Shown here: in pieces, positions 53,725 to 64,000 of the stretch | How the letters are laid out: every line of letters starts with the position of its first letter | Position numbering within the stretch: position 1 is the stretch's first letter | DNA from: Octopus vulgaris | Lineage: Eukaryota | Direction of reading: 5' to 3' | DNA length: 64,000 bases | Assembly: GCA_951406725.2 (NCBI GenBank) | Contig: OX597818.1 | Location: 87,544,001 to 87,608,000 of the forward strand | Notes under the pieces: generated by a model | Seen by the model: the letters and a program-made list of their open reading frames with translations, nothing else | Databases searched by the model: none | What the model was told of the DNA's origin: nothing | Position numbers and translations under genes: made by a program

Positions 53725-54182
53725 CCTCTACAAAAGTTGAGACCTTTGTTAAGTACTGCTTCTTCAGAGCTTTCTAGATGTGGACTACTTACATTAATTA
53801 CTACTTTCACAGGTGGGTGACGGACTTAATCTGGCGTGTCTTTACCATTTCAAATTCTTTCATGTACAACTTTTCTAGATCTTGTTGGATTCTCTTTCTA
53901 TCATCATCTCTGGTTATTTTCCTAAGTAATGAAGATAACCTCTCTTTGATTTCGTTATTTAATTGATGTTTTTTTCCCAACGGTTGTAATGGATCCTCTC
54001 ACGGACGAGGATATATATAACCAATATATACATGAAATACTTCGAGAATTTGGCTTTAGGATCAACACCACTAAAACCAACCCTATGGTTGCGATGTTGA
54101 TGACACCTTTATACTCTGGCACCACCAGTAAGATATCCAAGTGCTGTTAGATCATGTGAACTCAATAAAGCCATCCATACAG
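53725..54182. mobile_element. Penelope-like ORF fragments in opposite orientations
   Basis: Minus 53725-53975: VINVSSPHLESSEEAVLNKGLNF (PLE N-terminal motif). Plus 53985-54182: NIYMKYFENLAL..KPTLWLR/VDDTFILW..LLDHVNSIKPSIQ (RT YVDD region, frameshifted). Confidence 0.8.
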
Positions 54183-54656
54183 ATCGCATGTCCGGCAATT
54201 TTACTGTATCCAGTGCGAAGAAGATAGCTTAAAGTGGTTGGATAACATTGAACAGTTAACAGATTATTATTGACTTAATTTAATTTAATTTAACTGAAAT
54301 AATTCAAATTCCACAGTGGTCAGCTTTACATTTAAACTTCCTTGGGTCGAAAATTAAAGTACCAGTCAAGTACTACGGTCGTTACTTTCGACTGACTTTC
54401 AACCACGAAAAATTATTGACCTTGTGCTTAAATCGGACACACTATATTTAATCAACTTAGCGGCATTTCGTCCGTCTTTACGTTCTGAGTTCAAATTGCG
54501 CCGAGGTCTACTTTGTTTTTCATCCTTTCGGAGTCGATAAAATGAGTTATAGTCAGGTACTGGCGTTGATGGAATCGACTTATTCCCCCCAGCGAAATTA
54601 CCAGCCCTGACCCAAAATTTTAAACCAATATATTTAATGTAATTTATTTAAACATC

Positions 54657-55246
54657 ATGTCCGGCAAGTTCACCCTCATCAGTTCACCGCAGGGATAGTT
54701 CACCGTCATCAATTCACCGCAAGGAAAGTCCATCGTCATCAGTACTCTGCAGGGATAGTTCACTATCATCAGTTCACCGCAGGGAAAAATTCATCGTCAT
54801 CAATTCACCGTAAGAAAAGTTCAACGTCATCAATATTCCGCAGGGATAGTTCACCGTCATCAACGGAAAGTTCAACTTCCTCAAATCACCGCAGGGAAAG
54901 TACAACATCCTCAGTTCACTGCAGGGTAAGTTCACCGTCATTAATTCATCGCAGGAAAGTTTACTGTCACCAATTCATCGCAGGAAAGTTTACTGTCACC
55001 AATTCATCGCAGGAAAGTTTACTGTCACCAATTCATCGCAAAGAATGTTCAGTCATCAGTTTACCGCAGGGAAAGTTTACCGTCATCAATTCCCCGCAGG
55101 GGCAGTTCATTGTCATCAATTCACCATTTTTTCCCATTAGAATGATTTTTAACTATTAATGGTGAGATACTATATATATATTTTCTCGGTAAACTTTCCT
55201 CGCGGTGAACATTTTTCACGATGAATTGATGGCGGTGACCTTACCT
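54657..55246. mobile_element. foldback/MITE-like element with about 15/30-bp internal tandem repeats
   Basis: AGTTCACCGCAGGGAT/AGTTCACCGTCATCA array at 54665-55127; inverted units (GCGGTGAAC, GATGAATTGATGGCGGTGAC) at 55185-55246. Confidence 0.65.
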
Positions 55247-55879
55247 TTAAAAATAGTTCAAATCCCGCCGTGTATATAGTGTAAATACTTAGTGTTAGCA
55301 TTCAAATACCATCTCTCTCTTTTCAAGTCCTGCTGTATTTCACATGGAAGTTTTAATTCTCCTAAGTTGACCTTTTTCTTTTTTTGCTGTAAACTTTGGG
55401 CTGAAACATTCGACTTGTAGCTCAGAAAATTAAGTATATAAGAAATCAATATCATTTAATTTGATGCTGTATTTCTAAGCAGTTTTGGAAAGGCAAACCC
55501 ACATATCCTCAAATGAAAATCATGCACAAAATTTGCTTTTTATCTCTGTTTTTTTTTTTTTTGCTTGAGTCATTGAACCGCGGCCATATTGAAGCACCAC
55601 CTTGAAGGATTTTAGTCGAATAAATCGAATGTTTTTTAAAGCCTGGTACATATTCTATTGGTCGTCAAGCGGCAGAGTGACAAACACTGACACAAAGATA
55701 CGACAGGCTTCCCTACAGTTTCCACCTGCCAAATTCATTAACAAAGTACTGCTCGGCCCAGGACTATAGTAGAAGATACTTGCTCAACGTACTGCGCGAT
55801 GGATATGAGCCCGAAACCACGTCGTTGCAAAGCAAGCTTCTTAACCAAAGGAAAGATCTGGAAAATGCTTTTGTAAAGT

Positions 55880-56480
55880 AAAACTAGGAGCAAAATGCTT
55901 AGCGGCATTTCGTCCGTCATTACGTTCTGAGTTCAGATTCCGCTGAGGTCTTCGTTGCTTTTCATTCTCTCGAGGTCGATAAAAGTAATATCAGTTGAAC
56001 ACTGGGGGTCGATTGAAATCGACTTACACCTCCCCGAAATTACTGGCCTTGTGACAAAAATCTGAAACCCATATTCAGTTACAAAAAGGCAGGGGACTGG
56101 CCGAATCGCTAGCACGCCGGGCAAAATGCTCAACGGTATTTCGCCTGCCGCTACGTTCTGAGTTCAAATTCCGCCGAGGTCGACTTTGCCTTTCATCCTT
56201 TCGGGGTCGATTAAATAAATACCAGTTACGCACTGGGGTCGATATAATCGACTTAATCCGTTTGTCTGTCCTTGTTTGTCCTCCCTGTGTTTAGCCCCTT
56301 GTGGGTAGTAAAGAAATAGGTATTCCGTTCATCTATATATCCTAAGTTCAAATTCCGCCGATGACCTCTTTGCCTTTCGTCTTTTCAGGGCCGATAAAAA
56401 AAGTACCAGTTGAACACTGATACTTATTTTATTGATTTATCCCCTCCCGAAAATATTGGTTATATGCCAAAATTTGAAAC
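55880..56480 (+). mobile_element. SINE family A cluster
   Basis: Three consecutive family A cores; further copies at 54300-54620, 57640-57855 (-) and 59930-60800 (-). Confidence 0.8.
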
Positions 56481-56917
56481 GAGTATTCAATTGGAAAGAA
56501 CGAATAAATTCAGTTGGGTTGATTAAGGAGATCCGTTCATGGTTTACTGCACAAACTTTCACTCGCTGGTTCGCTACATAGAAATTTCTTTGTTCGTATA
56601 CTGCGCCGAGGTCTTCTGTTGTTACCAGTTTCTTTTTTATTCGTGTATAACAGGATTAAATTAATAGGTCGACTGCCTAATAGTTCAGATAATCACACGT
56701 ACAAACACACACATCCACACACACACACACACACTCATATATATACACAATTGTAGTTATACGTGCATCCATCCATCTATACATACATACATACATACAC
56801 ACAAACACAAATAGGTGCATGCTTGTATACATATATATTCCTAAAAGTAAGCGAAGTCATATATGTGTGTGTGTATGTGCTTGTGTCGGCATATGTGTAT
56901 GTCTGTATTTATATATA

Positions 56918-56972
<55 letters not shown>

Positions 56973-57129
56973 ATGTATATATATATGCATGTATTTATAT
57001 GTATATATGCATATAATTACATACCCGCATTTATAGATAAATGTATGTATGTAAATATATATTCCTAAAAGCAAGCGAAACCATTATATATGTATACACA
57101 TATATATACATATACACATACAGTATATA

Positions 57130-57162
<33 letters not shown>

Positions 57163-58263
57163 TTATATATATATATATATACATACAAACATACATACAC
57201 GCACACATTTGCTCAATCACAGAGTGCTGCGTGCTTATTTAATACTTTAGTTCGAGATAAGATATCAGAAAAAGAGCATTGAGTAATGTCAATGAGTGAA
57301 TGTGAAGTACCAGATGGCAGGATGATGGTTGGGGTGATGGTATAATGGGGGGATTGTAACAGGTCAAATAATTCTACACTCTAAACTTGTTAGAATCAGT
57401 GCCCAAGTACACAACTATTGATAAAATTCGAATTATGCAATAGAGACAGCCTTAGAATAAATTCTTTATCTATGCGACATACTTAGCCTATGTGTGTAGT
57501 TGAAACGCCAGAAGTTGCGGTTTTCATCCGGAATAAATCTCTTTATGGAAGTATTGTGTTTTAAGCCCCCCCCCAGTAAGTTTCTGGTTGTTCAACGATA
57601 TACATATCTTAACAATGTCGTATAAATACATATTAGCTTCAAATATTGGCAGAAGGCCGTCCATTTTGTGGGTGTGTGTATGGCGTAAGTCGATTACATC
57701 GACCCCAGTACTCAGCTGGTACTTATTTTATTGATCCGGTAAGGATGAAAGGCAAAGTTGACGTCGGTAGCATTTGAACTCAGGACGTAAAGACAGACGA
57801 AATGTCGCTGAGTATTTTGTCCCGCGCGATAACGATTCTTCCAGCTCGCCGCCTTACCTAACCCTCACACACACACACACGCACACATACACACACATGC
57901 ACGCACACACACACATGCACACAAGCACACACCTTGTGTGGCGGTCATATATCTTGAGATTTGGGGTTTCAACCTGTCAAGATTATTGATAAATCCAGCA
58001 CTATTCATGTGATTTATAACTTGGTCGAAAGTATCAAAAGGCCCAGTAGCAAGGTAGCTGGAGAACCACCAGTCGAAATATTGTTGGTCCCTGACTTAAC
58101 AACAGCGGCAATAAGCTGTAGTTAACTGTATACATATAAATCCAGCAGAAAACCAGAAACCAGCGTCAGCGTATGTTAATAGATTATCAAGAGTTTCAGA
58201 AAAAATAAATAGGAGTACAAGGTAAATAAATATCTGAAGCTGTAAGTAGGGAATAAAGGATAA

Positions 58264-58297
58264 TTTAACGTTTCGGAAAATGGTCCTTCGTCAGAAA
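58264..58297 (-). ncRNA. minimal type I hammerhead motif
   Basis: Minus strand: TTT-CTGACGA-a-GGA(ccattt)TCC-GAAA-CG-TT-AAA, next to (GA)n. Confidence 0.65.
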
Positions 58298-58305
58298 CTT
58301 TAAAG

Positions 58306-58391
<86 letters not shown>

Positions 58392-60471
58392 GGAGATGGA
58401 GAGAGAGGGGGAAGTGATAAAGAGGTGATTTTGCTTAAAGTTAATCTACAAAACTAAAATGTTTCCGGTAAAAATGTCAAAATTTGACCTCTGCTTTGTT
58501 AATTCTTTTTTAGTGTAAAATCATCTACTTTAACATTTTTTTTGTTCCTGAAACTGTTTATATCTATTCCCAGAACTATTAATTCTGGATGACTCACTTG
58601 ATTGATCTACCAATAAGTCCCATAGATTAGTTAATGTATTTTCCTTTCTAATAAAGCATCACAAAAAAGAAAAACAAACGACAAAAGATAACACATATCC
58701 ATCTTACAGTGAACAAGAGTAGGATGTAAATGTTTACAGAATATTTTGCACTGAAAGGAAGAAATAGTGTAGAATTTTACGTTTCGAGCCAAGCAATGTT
58801 TTGTGAGTGAATTTGCTAAAGGAAAATTGTTTCGGAGCCTATAGTAAGCAGTATGAGTCATTTAAAAAATCTACCTCTTTAGCTTTCAACCATTATAATC
58901 TAAATGGCATTTGGCCCGATTTATTCAATGAGTCAGTCAACCGAAATTACAACTCCATTAGCTGCAAAGACCCTGTTGACTATCGGATCGAATCAAGCGA
59001 AATTACAAACACTTTAGCTCTAAACACCCTGTTGACTACCAGACCGAGTCGTTGGTCATTCAGTGAGTAAACTGAAATTGCAACCACATTAGCTCCAGCT
59101 GGCCAAATTAGTTATCGGACAGAATTATTCTACTAGCTACCTGAAATAATTCGCAAACACCATCTGCATGAAAAATGTATTAATAAATGAAAAAGAATGA
59201 ATTTAGTTTATTGATAACATATTTGATGGCATTGAGCATAAAAATTAATAAATATGCAGTGATAGAAAAAGAGTAAAACAGAAAAAAACCTAACTAGTTA
59301 TTCTTTTATTATTTTACATGTTTCAGTCATTTGACCGCAGCCATGCTGGTGCACCGCCTTGAAGGGTTTTAGTCGAAGAAATCGACCCCAGGACGTATTT
59401 TCAAAGCCTAGTACTTATCCTTATCTGAACCGCTAAGTTAAGGGGTTGTAAACACATCAATACCCGTTGTATATATACATAAATATGCCTGTGTGTGTAT
59501 GTGTGTTTGTCCCTCAGCATCGCTTGATAATCGATGTTGGTGTGTTTCCGTCCCCAAAACTTGGAGGTTAGGTAAAAGAAACTGATATAACAAGTACCAT
59601 GTTCAAAAAGAAAATAAGTACAGAGGTTGACTCGATTGACTCATATTCTTCAAGGCATGGGTTCTCCGTCGGTCTGGATTACGAGCATTCAGTTTGTTCG
59701 ACCAACGAAACATTTCTACTGGTGAAAATAAATGTAAATGGCTGTGTCTTCCACGGACATGTGTACATGACTTCAACATAAATTCTAAAGTCTAATCAAC
59801 ATTGAACAAGACGATGCTGGGCGTTTGAACTACATATACTGGCTATTTATAAAAAACAAAACAAAAACCAAAACAAAAAAAAACAAAAAAAACAAAAAAA
59901 AAACAAACAAAGAAGAATCGATTCCGAAAGAGATTACACGCAAAGGTTATCTTGGTAGGGTTTGAACTCAAAATGCAGAAACGAATACCACAATAACAAA
60001 GCAATTTACCTAACACTTTACCATTTCTGCCAATTCTTCCTTATCTGACTAATTTAATCCCTAAATCCATTCCTTCTTGCTACAGGCATAAAGAATGAAC
60101 ATTTTAAAGAGAGGGGGCTAGTCGATCACATAGACCCCATTGCTCAACTGGTACTTATTTTATTGACTCCGAAAGGATAAAAGGCAAAGTCAACCTCGAC
60201 GGAATTTGAACTCAGAACGTAAAGTCGGAACGAGTGCCACTAAGCTTTTTGTCTGGCGCGGTAGATTCCATCAGTTCGCCACTACTAATAATCCTTTCTA
60301 CTATAGGCACAAGGCTTGAAATTTGGGGAGGAGACTAGTTAATTACATCGACCCCAGTGTTTCACTGGTATTTAATTTACCGACTCTGAAAGGATGAAAG
60401 GCAAAGTCGATCGCGGATGAATTTGAACTCAGAACGCATTCTGCCCGGCGTGCTAACATTTCCGCCTTGTT

Positions 60472-60551
<80 letters not shown>

Positions 60552-60566
60552 CAACAACAACAACAA

Positions 60567-60600
<34 letters not shown>

Positions 60601-61275
60601 AATAATAATAGTAATCCTTTCTACTAATAATCCTTTCTACTAAAGGCACAAGGCCTGAAATTTTGGGCACTTAATTTATTGAGCCTGTAAGAATAAAAGA
60701 CAAAGTCGACCGCGGTGGAATTTGAACTCAGAACGTAAAGACAGACAAAAAGCCGCTAAGCCCTTTGCCCGGCGTGCTAACGATTCTGCCATATCGCCGC
60801 CGTAATCTAATCTTTAAATAAAAGCAAGACAGCGGCCGAAGTACTTCAACTCTATCATTTGTAGAGGGGGTTGATAATTGAAGTCCTGAGATAACTGGGA
60901 GGATGGTGGTGAGGGGGCTATCAGAGAAATTGGGGTTGGAGTTGGGGATATAGAAATGGACTGGTCCACCTTAGTTGCCATGGTAATTGCAATGCACTAA
61001 TGATAATTGGCTGCATAACGCTGTTGATGAAGTAAATTGTAGCTATTTTCAGAACAGTTAATTCGAAATTTCAACATTTCTGCAAGAATGTGTGTATATA
61101 TTTATGGACTTGTGTGTATGCCTGTGAATATGTATATGGGTACGTATACATACATACATACATACATACATACATACATACGCACACACACACAGACACA
61201 CACAAACATATATGCATACATAGGTGCCAACATACATACATACATGAACATATATATATATATATATATACGTGC

Positions 61276-61342
<67 letters not shown>

Positions 61343-61629
61343 CATGTAGGCAAACATGTATACATGTATGCGCTCACATACACTATGGCACACAGATACG
61401 TATGTATGTGTGCATGCAACCATAGGCGTATATATAATATATCTTTGCATTTAAACATTAATATTTGTTAACTATCATGAGATTAATTGGACACAATGTA
61501 TAGTACGTATATATGTATGATGGTGGTGGTGCGTGCCTTCAGGTGTGCGCGCGAATATATGTGTGAGATATATACATGAATAAACGAACGTTAGTACTGT
61601 CAGCTTCAGTATTTTAAGCGTATACATGG

Positions 61630-61665
<36 letters not shown>

Positions 61666-61872
61666 TGTGTGTGTCTATATAGATACATATATGTAGGCAT
61701 AACTGTGTATATGCACTGGCATGGATGTGTGGGTAAAAACCTCGCCTTGTTGTAACATGATTTCGGGTTCACGCATGCCTTAGGCGGCTCCTTAGGCAAA
61801 TGTCTTCTAATATAGCACCGTTCCAACCAATGCCTTATGAGTGAATTGTGAATTCTGTAGACGGAAACTGTG

Positions 61873-61937
<65 letters not shown>

Positions 61938-61938
61938 C

Positions 61939-62006
<68 letters not shown>

Positions 62007-62042
62007 GATGATGATGATGATGATGATGACGACGACGACGAC

Positions 62043-62078
<36 letters not shown>

Positions 62079-62299
62079 AATTATCTATGAGTGAAATTTT
62101 AAAATATTTTATCGCTAAGCGCGTTTCTACAAATTACATGCTTTTGTGACCATACACCACATTCCTGGGATGACTACAGAACAATATGTGATATCCATGC
62201 TAGGATATCCATATCCTGTAATATCCATATCAGGTGGGTCTTTATTCATGCGTTCATTTCTTCAGGCGTTATATATATATATGGTGCTGGTGAAGGCGT

Positions 62300-64000
62300 C
62301 GCCACCTTTACCAACGCCATCATCATCACCGTCATCACTACCACCATTTCTACCACTACCGCCACCATCATCACTACCACCATCATCCCCCCGTCACCCC
62401 CACTACCATAACCACCACTATCACCGCCAATAGCATCGCTACCATCACCACCACATCACCACCACCACCATCATCATGATTACCAACATCACGGCCTCCA
62501 TCATCACCATCACCACCACCACCACCTACACCACTCTAACAGTAACACTAACGCTACCACCGCGTTGCTAGACAACACGACACTACATCCCACACTACCA
62601 CACTGTGATAAGACAACTATGCAACTGCCAAAACACCACGCCCCAACACTACTTCTACCCTTCAACCACACCACAGTATCATCATACAGAACCAACACAT
62701 AACTACACATACCACACCGTGGTACTTCTTCCATCACTGCACTATGATACTACTACAGTAAGACACCACTGTGTTACACCACGCTACATCAACATACCTC
62801 ACCCCGATATCACTGACACCACCTTACTACACCAACCAGAGATGCAGCATACAACATCACCACCATATTATGCGACACCGCCACATCGACATACGTTTCA
62901 CCTCGGTACTACCGCACTACACAACATCGATGTACACCATGCTTTGGCACTACCTCATTACACCACTCAAAGATGTTGCACACAACGGCACCGCCAAACT
63001 ACATGACACCACCACATCGACGTACGTTACACCTCGGCACCATCACACTACACGACTCTGATAGATTCCACACTCGCCACCACCATATCAATGTAGCTTA
63101 TGTCTCGATACCACCCAAAGATGCGGTACATTTAGGCGATGCTAATCTACACGACACTTCCACATCGACGTAAGCCACATCATGGCTACTTCACACATCG
63201 GCACCATTACACTACACTGAGAGACACCGCAGCCACCACCGTCATTCGATAGACGCTGCGTCTCGGTACCATCTTTCTACAGCACCCAGAGAGGCAGCAT
63301 GCAACAGTACTCCCATACTACACGCCTCCACCACATTGGCGTACATTACACCTCGGCACTACCAGAATACACGACATTGAGAGACTCCAAACCTGGTCCC
63401 ACCATATCGATGTATTCCACACTACGGCACCATTACATTGACGTATGTCGCATCACGGTCCGACCTCATTGCGCCACATCGAGAGCTGCCACACCACGGC
63501 ACCATCACATTAAACCACATGACACCTCGTCTTCGATGTACCCCCCAATAAGGCACTGAGAATACATCCTCACTACACCTCACAAAGATAAGCCACATTG
63601 CGGCAGCATCATATTACACCACCACAGCACGGCAACACCACACGGCGGCGCAGAAATACCCTAACACCGTGCCACCATTATACTTCATCACTGTATCACT
63701 ATAAACACCACCATCACTACTCTCAGCACTATAATCACCACCACCATCAACAACAACAATAGGAACAACAAAAATACCATCACCAACAAGGCATCACCAC
63801 CACCATCACCATCACCACCACCGCTACCATCATCATCTCCACCCCAGCACGATAACTGCCACAACTACAGCCACTCCCAGCACTATAACCTCTACCATCA
63901 CCACCATCACCATTACTACAACCATCCCCACCATCCTCACCGTCACCACCAGCACCAGTACCACCATCGACACCACCACCACCACTCTCAGCACTATAGT
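62300..64000. repeat. degenerate CAC/CAT/TAC-rich low-complexity tract
   Basis: Strong C/A strand skew and cryptic triplet repeats; a similar tract lies at 51055-52200. Confidence 0.75.

Noticed and set aside
54665-55127. Regularly spaced repeats resembling a CRISPR array
   Set aside because: The units are contiguous and degenerate with no unique spacers; there are no cas genes and the context is eukaryotic.

Overview
This is eukaryotic, almost entirely repeat-derived DNA (intronic or intergenic), and I found no convincing host protein-coding exon. The SINE families and extreme microsatellite load suggest a coleoid cephalopod such as Octopus (inference). Most ORF-track entries are translated (TA)n/(CA)n/(TATC)n/(TAA)n tracts. 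Supported content: one dispersed 5S rRNA copy; a Tc1 DD34E element and three mariner-type relics; a non-autonomous Helitron and a Helentron-like element; several RLE-type (R4/Dong-like) LINE fragments, mostly in (TAA)n; a Tx1/L1-type LINE 3' end in (TATC)n; Penelope-like element (PLE) RT and GIY-YIG fragments; and many tRNA-derived SINEs. The main signal is about a dozen type I hammerhead ribozyme (HHR) motifs from several unrelated repeat families. Most sit next to (TA)n, several lie in fold-back palindromes or a long rod, and several have non-canonical cores (U3-A8, C8, U6, 8-nt core). All folds were read by eye and none has been tested.
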